From an uncultured Gemmataceae bacterium (GTDB taxonomy: Bacteria > Planctomycetota > Planctomycetia > Gemmatales > Gemmataceae), in contig CAVVPN010000010.1 of assembly GCA_963750165.1 (NCBI GenBank), positions 224,001 to 288,000 of the forward strand: a stretch of 64,000 bases of DNA, in the 5' to 3' direction. The notes beneath the pieces were generated by a model, which searched no databases, had not been told where the DNA came from, and saw nothing but the letters and a program-made list of their open reading frames with translations. Position 1 is the first letter of the stretch; the number at the start of each line of letters is the position of its first letter. Made by a program: the position numbers and the translations under genes. This document shows, piece after piece, positions 50,761 through 59,389 of the stretch.

Positions 50761-51087
50761 ATGAGCGTGCCTGACGAAGTACGGCGTGACGCTGAGAAGA
50801 CGGGTGAACTTGTCCGCAAGAAACTGATGGAAATCATGGACTTGCAGGCGGACATCGACGCCCTGTTGCGAGACAAACATCCCACACCGTTCGGATCGAA
50901 GAACTGGCAGTACGCCGACATCGAATCCTTGCAGCGGCTTGTGGCGATGACGGCGATCCAGTTCGTCCTTTTCGAGCCGGTGGGGAGGGTGAAGGGCAAC
51001 GAGGACATCAAAGATGCTGCGGAGAAATTGGTGTCGCTGCTCTCGGAGCAATTGAAGACGCTCAAAACGAAGAAATCCGACTGGTGA
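50761..51087 (+). CDS. Hypothetical protein
   Basis: GGAG RBS, helical coding-like sequence. Confidence 0.7.
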   Translation: MSVPDEVRRDAEKTGELVRKKLMEIMDLQADIDALLRDKHPTPFGSKNWQYADIESLQRLVAMTAIQFVLFEPVGRVKGNEDIKDAAEKLVSLLSEQLKTLKTKKSDW

Positions 51088-51092
51088 AGTAC

Positions 51093-51283
51093 ATGGAACA
51101 GAAGACCGTCGAAAAACTCGAAGAGAAGATCGAAGAAGCCATCGCCGAGATCATCGTGAAGATGGGCCTCAAGAAACTGCCGCTCCTGCCGGCCCGCCGG
51201 CCCGCCACACCATGCACCTGATGGCGAAAGCTGCGGTGACGGTCTACGAGGCGGCGGTCGAGAATCAGCGACGAGAGGAGTGA
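51093..51283 (+). pseudogene. Small gene frameshifted by an 8-bp tandem duplication
   Basis: GCCGGCCC x2 at 51188-51203; removing one copy gives MEQKTVEKLEEKIEEAIAEIIVKMGLKKLPLLPARHTMHLMAKAAVTVYEAAVENQRREE*. Confidence 0.7.
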
Positions 51284-51285
51284 AC

Positions 51286-51621
51286 ATGGCCTTTGACGAA
51301 ATCCTCGCCGCTCGCATTCGTGATGCCCTGGCCCGGAAGAAGAACATCGAGGAGAAGAAGATGTTCGGCGGCGTCGGCTTCCTTCTCAACGGCAACATGC
51401 TCGTCGGCGTGTGGAAGCGCTCGATGATCGCCAGGCTCGGCCCCGATAACTACGACGACGCACTCCTGGAACCGCACGTCCGGGAATTCGACATCACGGG
51501 CAAGCCGATGAAGGGCTGGGTGCTAGTTGAGCCGGAAGGCGTCGAGGATGATGAGCAGTTGAAGGAATGGATTCAGCAGGCGGTTAAGTTTGTTGGGAAG
51601 TTGCCGGCGAAGGAGAAGTAG
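51286..51621 (+). CDS. TfoX/Sxy N-terminal domain protein
   Basis: EKKMFGGVGFLLNGNM, GKPMKGWV. Confidence 0.9.
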   Translation: MAFDEILAARIRDALARKKNIEEKKMFGGVGFLLNGNMLVGVWKRSMIARLGPDNYDDALLEPHVREFDITGKPMKGWVLVEPEGVEDDEQLKEWIQQAVKFVGKLPAKEK

Positions 51622-51670
51622 TCATGTCCAGGTTGCAACTCGCCATCGAATGGATCGTCTGGAGGAAGTG

Positions 51671-52378
51671 ATGAAATCGACCGTCGATGAAATCCGGCAG
51701 CGGTTCGACGCCGACGTGGAACGGTTCTCCAATCTCGAAACCGGCCAGTCGGCCACGGTCGATGCGCCGATGGCGATGGCGCTGGTCGCCCAGGCAGCAG
51801 CGGCCACGACACCGCACGCCCACCATGTTCTCGACGTGGGCTGCGGGGCCGGCAACTACACCCTCAAACTGCTGGAATCCCTGCCAAACCTCGACGCCAC
51901 CTTGATCGACCTGAGCCAGCCGATGCTCGACCGGGCCAGGGAGCGGGTCAGCCGAGCGACCGCTGGCTGCATCACGACCATCCAGGGCGACATTCGAGCG
52001 ATCAACCTTGCTGCCGGGGAGTTCGACATCGTGCTGGCGGCTGCGGTGCTGCACCACCTACGCACCGATGACGAATGGCGGGCTGTCTTCACAGCGTTCC
52101 ACCGGGCGCTGCGCCCTGGCGGCTCGGTGTGGGTCTTCGATCTGGTCGAGAGTTCGATCCCTGCGGTCCAGGAACTCATGCGCCGGCGTTACGGAGAGTA
52201 CCTGACCCGGCTGAAGGACGAAGCCTACCGGGACCATGTGTTCGCCTACGTCGAGAAAGAGGACACGCCCCGACCGCTGCTCTTCCAACTGGAGTTGCTG
52301 CGTCAGGTCGGGTTTTCGCAGGTCGAAGTCCTGCACAAAAACGTCTGCTTCGCCGCCTTCGGCGCTGTCAAAGCCTGA
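51671..52378 (+). CDS. Class I SAM-dependent methyltransferase
   Basis: VLDVGCGAG, IDLSQPML, LRPGG. Confidence 0.9.
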   Translation: MKSTVDEIRQRFDADVERFSNLETGQSATVDAPMAMALVAQAAAATTPHAHHVLDVGCGAGNYTLKLLESLPNLDATLIDLSQPMLDRARERVSRATAGCITTIQGDIRAINLAAGEFDIVLAAAVLHHLRTDDEWRAVFTAFHRALRPGGSVWVFDLVESSIPAVQELMRRRYGEYLTRLKDEAYRDHVFAYVEKEDTPRPLLFQLELLRQVGFSQVEVLHKNVCFAAFGAVKA

Positions 52379-52445
52379 CGCTCTCATCGCTGCCGAAGGT
52401 GCATCCGGCAACATTTCGGCTGACCTCGAAGCCGAGAAAGATTCA

Positions 52446-52473
52446 TTGACAAGTCGGAAGGTTCCGATATAAT
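52446..52473 (+). promoter_or_regulatory. Consensus sigma70 promoter with a palindromic operator in the spacer
   Basis: TTGACA-N16-TATAAT; TCGGAA-GG-TTCCGA at 52454-52467. Confidence 0.8.
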
Positions 52474-52492
52474 CGAGTATCGGAGGCACACG

Positions 52493-52813
52493 ATGACCGC
52501 CAAGACGAAAACGCCGCCTGCCCTCACCGACCTGAAAGCTCTGGAACAGGCGGCGGAATGTCTCAAGACTCTGGCCCACCCGCACCGTCTGCGCATGGTC
52601 CAGATGCTCCTGCGAGGCCGCTACACGGTCGGTGAACTGGCCGAGGCGTGCGGCATCCCCAGCCACATGGCCTCTGAACACCTGCGGCTCATGCAGCGAT
52701 GCGGCTTCATGACCAGTGAAAAGGACGGACGCAACGTGTACTACCAAATCGCCGAACCCCACCTGGCGAACATCATGACCTGCATCGAAGCCCGGTTCGG
52801 CGGCACGGGCTGA
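52493..52813 (+). CDS. ArsR/SmtB family regulator
   Basis: LKTLAHPHRLRMV, ASEHLRLM, GRNVYY; 4 Cys. Confidence 0.93.
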   Translation: MTAKTKTPPALTDLKALEQAAECLKTLAHPHRLRMVQMLLRGRYTVGELAEACGIPSHMASEHLRLMQRCGFMTSEKDGRNVYYQIAEPHLANIMTCIEARFGGTG

Positions 52814-52899
52814 ATTTTTTTCGCCTGACGTATCGTAATGTCGGGACATAAACAACAATGAAAGACAATCCCGAACCTGCGACGGGAGGAGGCAGAACG

Positions 52900-53079
52900 A
52901 TGGAAGTCCTGATTCCCCTGGGCGTCCTCCTGATCTGGATCGTCCTGCAAGCCTGGGTGCTGCCACGCCTCGGTGTGAAGACCTGAATGAGCGGAACTTG
53001 CGAGCCGAGTTCGGCTCCTCCCCGTGTCGAGAACCAAAAACCACCAACCGTTTCCGAGGACGAAAGGAGATCGCAGTGA
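52900..53079 (+). CDS. Candidate 59-aa membrane selenoprotein (TGA at 52984-52986 read as Sec)
   Basis: GGAGGAGG RBS; MEVLIPLGVLLIWIVLQAWVLPRLGVKT-U-MSGTC...RRSQ*; readthrough stop overlaps the next GTG start; hairpin at 53002-53017. Confidence 0.6.
53002..53017 (+). promoter_or_regulatory. Candidate bacterial SECIS hairpin
   Basis: GAGCCG-AGTT-CGGCTC; loop starts 21 nt after the UGA and has G at loop position 2. Confidence 0.5.
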
Positions 53080-53648
53080 CCGTCACGACCATCAGCCCTC
53101 AGCAGCTTGCTGAATTGTGCAAGGCCGGGAAGATCGAACTCATTGACGTGCGGACGCCGGTGGAGTTCCGGGAGTTGCACACGACTGTTGCCCGCAATGT
53201 GCCCCTGGACCGGCTCGACCCAGCAGCGATCATGCAGGCCCGCAATGGAAGCAAGGACGAGCCGCTGTACATCATCTGCCGCTCCGGGAGCCGAGGCCAG
53301 AAGGCGTGCGAGAAGTTCCTGGAGGCAGGCTTCTCAAACGTGGTCAACATCGAGGGCGGCACCCTGGCGTGCGTCGAAGCCGGCCTGCCGGTCGTCCGTG
53401 GCAAGAAGGCCATTTCGCTGGAGCGGCAAGTGCGGATTGCGGCGGGATCGCTCGTGCTGCTGGGCGTGCTGCTCGGCTGGTTGGTCCACCCGGCCTTCCT
53501 CGGACTGTCCGCCTTCATCGGGGCCGGGTTGGTGTTCGCCGGCATCACGGATACCTGCGGCATGGGGATGATGCTGGCCCGGATGCCCTGGAACCAGGTC
53601 AAGGATGCCTCGACCGGCTGTTGTGCGACGAAGGAGGTCTGCTCATGA
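53076..53648 (+). CDS. Rhodanese plus DUF2892 (YgaP-like) membrane sulfurtransferase
   Basis: IDVRTPVEF, ICRSGSRG, SLERQVRIAAG, GITDTCGM...MPWN. Confidence 0.92.
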   Translation: MTVTTISPQQLAELCKAGKIELIDVRTPVEFRELHTTVARNVPLDRLDPAAIMQARNGSKDEPLYIICRSGSRGQKACEKFLEAGFSNVVNIEGGTLACVEAGLPVVRGKKAISLERQVRIAAGSLVLLGVLLGWLVHPAFLGLSAFIGAGLVFAGITDTCGMGMMLARMPWNQVKDASTGCCATKEVCS

Positions 53649-55306
53649 AACTGCTCATCGTCGGTGGCGTGGCCGGGGGCGCATCGGCAGCCGCCCGTGC
53701 CCGCCGCCTCTCGGAAGACGCCCACATCATCCTGTTCGAGCGGGGGCCGGACGTGTCGTTCGCCAACTGCGGCCTGCCGTACTACCTGGGCGGCGAGATC
53801 GCCGAGCGGGACAAACTGCTCGTCGTCACGCCGGATCGGCTGCGGACCCGCTTCAACCTCGACGTGCGGGTGCGGACCTCGGTGGAACGAATCGACCGGG
53901 CGGCAAAGAAGGTCCATGCCCGTGACCTCGCTTCGGGCCGGGAGTACGACGAAACCTACGACAAGCTGATCCTCGCCCCAGGAGCGGCACCGCTGCGCCC
54001 GCCGCTGCCCGGCATCGACCTGCCCGGCATCTTCACCCTGCGAAACTTACAAGACGTGGACCGCATCAAGGGCAGGATGGACCAGGGCGTGAAGCAGGCC
54101 GTTGTCATCGGAGCGGGCTTCATCGGCCTGGAACTGGTCGAGAACTTCGTGGGCCGGGGCATTGCAACCACGGTGGTCGAGTTGCAGGACCAGGTGTTGC
54201 CGCCGTTCGACAAGGAGATGACGACGCCCCTCGCCCAGGAGTTGGCGAGCAAGGGCGTGGCGCTGCTGCTCGGCCAATCCGCCGAGTCGTTTGAGTCGGC
54301 CCCCGATGGCTTGGTCGTCCGCCTGAAGTCGGGCCAACGGCTTCCGGCCCAACTGGTCGTCCTCGGAGTCGGCGTGCGCCCGGAGAACAAGCTGGCCGTC
54401 GAGGCGGGCCTGGAGGTCGGCCCCCGTGGCGGCATTCGGGTCAACGAACAACTTCAGACCAGCGACCCGGACATTTATGCAGTCGGTGACGCCATCGAGA
54501 TCAAGGACTTCGTGACGGGCGACTCGACGCAGGTGCCGCTGGCGGGTCCGGCGAACCGCCAGGGCCGCATCGCCGCCGACAACATTTTTGGACGGTCGGC
54601 CCGCTACCGAGGAACCCAGGGCACGGCCATCGTCCGGGTCTTCGACAAGACGGCGGCGATGACCGGCGCTTCGGAGAAGGTGTTGAAGCGGTCGAAGCGC
54701 TCCTACCGCAAGGTCTACGTTCACCCGACGCAGCACGCCGGCTACTATCCCGGTGCCGAGGCAATGACCCTGAAGTTGCTCTTCGACCCGGAGACGGGAA
54801 AGGTGCTGGGGGCGCAGGCCGTGGGTGGTGACGGCGTGGACAAGCGGATCGACGTGCTGGCCGTGGCGATCCAGGCGGGCATGACGGTCTTCGACCTGGA
54901 GGAGATGGAACTGGCCTACTCGCCGCAGTACGGCTCGGCCAAAGACCCGATCAACATGGCGGGCTTCGTGGCGGGCGGGCTGCTCCGAGGCGACCATCCT
55001 CAAGTGGATGTCGAGGCGGTCCTGGCCGCTCCTGCCGGCGAAGCCCCGTACCTCGTGGACGTGCGGACGCCGCAGGAGTATGCAGACGGGCACATCCCCG
55101 GAGCCGTCAATCTCTCGGTGGACGACCTGCGGCCCCGGCTGGGCGAACTGCCCCGTGACCGCCAGATCGCTGTGTACTGTCAGGTAGGGCAGCGGGGCTA
55201 CCTGGCGACTCGCATCTTGAAGCAGGCCGGGTTCCAGACGGCGAACGTCGGCGGCGGATACAAAACCTACCGGCTGCTGCACCCGACATCGAACGGGGTC
55301 CGGTGA
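53645..55306 (+). CDS. CoA-disulfide/persulfide reductase with C-terminal rhodanese
   Basis: GGVAGGASAA, SFANCGLPY, GAGFIG, YSPQYG, rhodanese YCQVGQRGY. Confidence 0.93.
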   Translation: MKLLIVGGVAGGASAAARARRLSEDAHIILFERGPDVSFANCGLPYYLGGEIAERDKLLVVTPDRLRTRFNLDVRVRTSVERIDRAAKKVHARDLASGREYDETYDKLILAPGAAPLRPPLPGIDLPGIFTLRNLQDVDRIKGRMDQGVKQAVVIGAGFIGLELVENFVGRGIATTVVELQDQVLPPFDKEMTTPLAQELASKGVALLLGQSAESFESAPDGLVVRLKSGQRLPAQLVVLGVGVRPENKLAVEAGLEVGPRGGIRVNEQLQTSDPDIYAVGDAIEIKDFVTGDSTQVPLAGPANRQGRIAADNIFGRSARYRGTQGTAIVRVFDKTAAMTGASEKVLKRSKRSYRKVYVHPTQHAGYYPGAEAMTLKLLFDPETGKVLGAQAVGGDGVDKRIDVLAVAIQAGMTVFDLEEMELAYSPQYGSAKDPINMAGFVAGGLLRGDHPQVDVEAVLAAPAGEAPYLVDVRTPQEYADGHIPGAVNLSVDDLRPRLGELPRDRQIAVYCQVGQRGYLATRILKQAGFQTANVGGGYKTYRLLHPTSNGVR

Positions 55307-55350
55307 GCGGGGAATCTCGTCGGAGGCAGCCGGGTATCAGAGGAACGACC

Positions 55351-55965
55351 TTGCGCTTCTACTCCGACGTGATCTTCCCTCGACTTTGCGACCTCCTCCT
55401 GAACAGGCCGCTGGTGGCACGGCACCGGCGACAACTGCTCGCCACGGTCTGCGGCGACGTTCTGGAGGTCGGCTTCGGGACGGGCCTGAACCTGCCGCAC
55501 TATCCCGCCCAGGTCCGCAGGATCACCACGGTCGATCCGAACGCCGGGATGCAACGGCTGGCACAACAGCGTGTCAGAAGGTCCAAGATCGAAGTTGACC
55601 AGCGTGTTCTCAACGGTGAACGTCTCCCCTTCGAGTCTGACCACTTCGATTGCGCCGTCAGCACGTTTACCCTGTGCAGCATTGAGGACGTGGGCCAAGC
55701 CTTGAGCGAAGTGTACCGGGTACTAAAACCGGGAGGTCGCTTCCTGTTCCTGGAGCATGGCCTCAGCCCGGAGCCGAAGGTCCAGAAGTGGCAGCGCCGG
55801 CTGAACTGGCTGGAAAGGTGCCTGGCTGATGGCTGTCGCCTGGACCGCAACATGAAGGAACTGGTCGCCGCCCAGCCCTTCTCGTCCGTGGAAGTCGAAG
55901 AATTCTACCTGGAAAGAACGCCGAGAACGCACGGCTACCTCTACCGGGGCGTTGCCGTCAAATGA
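55351..55965 (+). CDS. Class I SAM-dependent methyltransferase (start could be 55303)
   Basis: VLEVGFGTGLNL, TFTLCSI, LKPGGRFLFLEHG. Confidence 0.88.
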   Translation: MRFYSDVIFPRLCDLLLNRPLVARHRRQLLATVCGDVLEVGFGTGLNLPHYPAQVRRITTVDPNAGMQRLAQQRVRRSKIEVDQRVLNGERLPFESDHFDCAVSTFTLCSIEDVGQALSEVYRVLKPGGRFLFLEHGLSPEPKVQKWQRRLNWLERCLADGCRLDRNMKELVAAQPFSSVEVEEFYLERTPRTHGYLYRGVAVK

Positions 55966-56331
55966 GCATGTCGGCCTTGCCGCTGATCCAAGTCGGCACC
56001 GATCACCTGCTGCCGGACCAAGAGCCGCTGGGGCGAACGCAATCTGGCTGTACAACCAGACCAAATGCGTGAGCCTACTACCGCCTGTTTTTTTCTGAGT
56101 TCTCTTCCTTTTCTCTTCGGTCAGGTGTATGATTCTGATAACCTTCAACTACATTTCACTGACTTCCAAATCACAACACATTACTGCCAGGAATTCCGGG
56201 TTGCGAGCAAAAGGACGTTGCCCCGGCAATGATGCCGAAAACGGAACAATCCTCCGAATGCCTACACGGAGATTCAATAAGTGGCAATGTCGTTGATCTT
56301 TGAAAAGTCACGGTCGAAAAGTCTTTGGGCT

Positions 56332-57484
56332 TATTACCACGGCATGAAAGTTGCTCAAAAGTCCGTTGGGAGAATAACCGCGACACTCCGAGACGGAGAC
56401 TGCTCATGTCCATCCAGTTACCTGACGCCCGCCAGTTGTCGGATGAAGCCCTCCAGGTGCTGCGTCTGCGCGCCTTACGGGGGATCGAGTTGGGCTACTC
56501 CGAGTTGGATCTCGCCGAACTCCTGGGCGTCTGCCACGAAACCATCAGTCGCTGGTGGACGGCCTACGTCGCCGACGGCCTGTCTGCCCTGCCCGGCGGT
56601 CGCAGCGGCCGGCCGCTCGGTTCCGGGCGCTACTTGTCCGACCCGCAGGCCGAGCGCATCCGGGCGTGCATCGACCTGCACTCCCCGGAGGAAGTGGGCA
56701 TCCCGCACGCCTTGTGGACGCGCCGCGCCGTGCGCGACCTGATCCGCCAGGAGTTCGGCATCGACCTGGCCGAGCGCACCGTCGGCGCGTACTTGCGCCG
56801 CTGGGGTTACACCTCCAAGAAACCGAGCCGGCACGCGCGGCAGCAGGATCCCGACGCGGTCGAGGAGTGGTTGCTGGAAACCTACCCCGCCATCGAAGCC
56901 CAGGCTGAGCGCGAGCAGGCGGAAATTCTGTGGACCGATGAGGTCGGCGTGGCGGCCGATCACCACCCCGGTTACGGCTACGCCCGCCTCGGAGCACGCG
57001 CGACGATGGAGGTGCCTAAGCCCCACCTCCGGGTCAACCAGATTTCGGCCATCAGCAACGAGGGGACGGTACGGTTCATGACTTACCAGGGCGCGCTCGA
57101 CGCGGCGGTGTTCCTGATGTTCTTGACCAAGCTGATCGCAGGGGCGACGCGGAAGATGCTGCTGATCGCGGATCGGCTGCAAGCCCACAAGACGCCGGCG
57201 GTACAGGCCTGGGTGGAGGCGCACCGGGACCAGATCGAGGTGTTTTATCTGCCGGCGTATTCGCCGGAGTTGAACCCAGTGGAGTATTTGAACAACGACA
57301 TGAAGGGTACGGTGAACGAGGCGGGCCTGCCGCCCGACCGGCCGACGTTGCAGGGCCGGTTGTTGGACTTCATGAAACGCTTGGTTCGGGTGCCGGATCA
57401 TGTGATAAGTTACTTTCTACATCCGTGGACTCGGTACGCTGCCCCGGTAGAATTGATTTGATCTTATTTCGTGCCGGGGTAATA
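56332..57484 (+). mobile_element. IS630 family insertion sequence
   Basis: Ends TATTACCACGGCATGAAA and TTTCGTGCCGGGGTAATA, flanked by a TA duplication. Confidence 0.92.
56406..57461 (+). CDS. IS630 transposase
   Basis: HTH, WTDE, ADRLQAH, LPAYSPELNPVE. Confidence 0.95.
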   Translation: MSIQLPDARQLSDEALQVLRLRALRGIELGYSELDLAELLGVCHETISRWWTAYVADGLSALPGGRSGRPLGSGRYLSDPQAERIRACIDLHSPEEVGIPHALWTRRAVRDLIRQEFGIDLAERTVGAYLRRWGYTSKKPSRHARQQDPDAVEEWLLETYPAIEAQAEREQAEILWTDEVGVAADHHPGYGYARLGARATMEVPKPHLRVNQISAISNEGTVRFMTYQGALDAAVFLMFLTKLIAGATRKMLLIADRLQAHKTPAVQAWVEAHRDQIEVFYLPAYSPELNPVEYLNNDMKGTVNEAGLPPDRPTLQGRLLDFMKRLVRVPDHVISYFLHPWTRYAAPVELI

Positions 57485-57928
57485 CACCATGAAGACCAAG
57501 ACACAAAGAAAACCTACACGAGCATCAGGAGGCAAGGCGCTGAAACCACCAAGGACAAAGGCGCAAAGACAGAGAAGAAGGAAGCATGGGAACTGGCTGG
57601 ATGTAGAGATGGACAGATACCTTCAACTGAGTTACACATGAGGGTGTTTAATCCTCCATAGTGGCCCTGCGGCCTCGCAATACGCCTCCGATGGCCCAAG
57701 CCCTGCCTGGGGCGATTCAGGCGTCTCCAGGGCCATCCTGGGCGATCTAAAGGGCATTTGGAACCGACCCGTGAAATGTCCGCATCGCAGCCATTCTCAA
57801 GCAAATCCCTTTCATTTCGATGTTATCCCGCTGCTCCTGGGCCTGTGCCGACCATGACCGAGGACTCCTGGCTCCATCACGGCTACAATGCCATCCTGAA
57901 ATGACGGGCCGACATGAGAGGAACCGAC

Positions 57929-58414
57929 ATGCAACTCATCACCGTGAAGATCGAGAAGCCCGACGACACCAACTTCATCCTGGGCCAGACGCACTTCATC
58001 AAGTCGGTCGAGGACATCCACGAGGCGCTGGTCGGGGCCGTGCCCGGCATCAAATTCGGGCTGGCCTTCTGCGAGGCTTCCGGCAAGTGTCTGATCCGCT
58101 GGTCCGGCACCGACCCGGCCATGACCGAACTGGCGAAGAAGAACGCCGCCGCCATCGGAGCCGGCCACTCGTTCATCGTGTTTTTGGGTGACGGCTTCTT
58201 TCCGCTGAACGTGCTGAACACGCTGAAGATGGTGCCGGACGTGTGCCGCATCTATTGCGCCACGGCCAACCCCACGGAGGTCATCCTGGCCGAGACGGAA
58301 GCGGGCCGGGGCATCCTCGGCGTGGTGGACGGGTTCTCCCCGAAGGGCGTCGAGGACGAGGACGAGATCAGGTGGCGGAAGGACTTCCTGCGGCAGATCG
58401 GGTACAAGCTGTGA
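57929..58414 (+). CDS. Adenosine-specific kinase family (DUF355)
   Basis: NFILGQTHFIKSVED, AFCEASG, IYCATANP, GILGVVDG. Confidence 0.9.
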   Translation: MQLITVKIEKPDDTNFILGQTHFIKSVEDIHEALVGAVPGIKFGLAFCEASGKCLIRWSGTDPAMTELAKKNAAAIGAGHSFIVFLGDGFFPLNVLNTLKMVPDVCRIYCATANPTEVILAETEAGRGILGVVDGFSPKGVEDEDEIRWRKDFLRQIGYKL

Positions 58415-58472
58415 CGGGACCGAGTGATTGAGAGCAGGTGAAGGAGAGTTCGTCGGGAATTCTGCAACGGGT

Positions 58473-58787
58473 CTATTTCATCAGCAACAGCATCATGACC
58501 ACCTGCGTCTTCACCTGGATGGTGTGGCGCAGGCCCGTTGGCATGTGGACCCAGGTGCCGGGCTTCGCCTCGTGCTTGTCGTCGCCCAGCGTCACCGTCG
58601 CCTCCCCCTGAAGGAAGTGCAAGACGGCGGGCATTGAGGCGGTGTGTTCGGATAGCTCTTCGCCCTGGCCGAAGCCGAAGATCACTACCTTCAGTCGGTC
58701 GTCGTTGAACAGGGTGCGGCTGAGGATTCCCTTTTCGGGCGGCTGGACTTCCTTCGCCAGATCGACGAACAGCGTGTAGTCGGTCAT
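58473..58787 (-). CDS. Cupin domain protein
   Basis: GEELSEHTA...LQGEA...HTI. Confidence 0.88.
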   Translation of the reverse strand: MTDYTLFVDLAKEVQPPEKGILSRTLFNDDRLKVVIFGFGQGEELSEHTASMPAVLHFLQGEATVTLGDDKHEAKPGTWVHMPTGLRHTIQVKTQVVMMLLLMK

Positions 58788-58792
58788 GACCT

Positions 58793-59338
58793 TCAGCCTC
58801 CTTCGAGCGCCTGCTCCCACCCGACCACTTCGTTGCCGAAATTCTCGTGCAAACTGGTCAGCCCTCGTTCCTTCTCGACCTGCGAGAAACGACCCGTCAC
58901 GTCGGCATCGTCAGCCTCGCTCATCACCCGTTCGGCCATGTGGAAGAGGACGTTGTTCTCCTTGAAGATGTGCTGGCGTAGCAAGGGGATATACTGCCGG
59001 GCAGCGTCAACAAAGGTTTGGGCGTCGAACGGCTGCGCCTGGCTCGCCTCACGCATCCGGCCCACGCAGTCCCGGCCCAGGACATGCTCGTGAAGCATGA
59101 CGCCAATCGGCCCGCCCTGTTCGGGGATGCCTCGTTTCTTGAGGACAGGGAAGAACACGTCCTCTTCCTTGGCATGGTGGCACTGGTCGGCAAACTGCTG
59201 GAAGAACCGGGCTGCCCACTCCGAGAAACCAGCAGGGAGGGACTGTCCCGCTTCGAGACATGCCACGGCTTTTTCGAGCAGGCTCAGGCCACGTTCGATC
59301 AGGTCGTGTTCGGTTTTCAGACGCTCGACGGCTTTCAT
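58793..59338 (-). CDS. Hemerythrin/HHE domain protein
   Basis: EHDLI, CHHAKEEDVFF, EH, QHIFKENNVLF. Confidence 0.9.
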   Translation of the reverse strand: MKAVERLKTEHDLIERGLSLLEKAVACLEAGQSLPAGFSEWAARFFQQFADQCHHAKEEDVFFPVLKKRGIPEQGGPIGVMLHEHVLGRDCVGRMREASQAQPFDAQTFVDAARQYIPLLRQHIFKENNVLFHMAERVMSEADDADVTGRFSQVEKERGLTSLHENFGNEVVGWEQALEGG

Positions 59339-59389
59339 GACGACCTCTTTGATTCACGTCAGCCTCTCGGCTGTGCGTAGGACGCCTTC

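Noticed and set aside
49863..52378. Integron cassette array (short co-oriented genes near an integrase)
   Set aside because: No attC-like RYYYAAC...GTTRRRY palindromes between the genes, and the integrase shows no recognisable IntI features.
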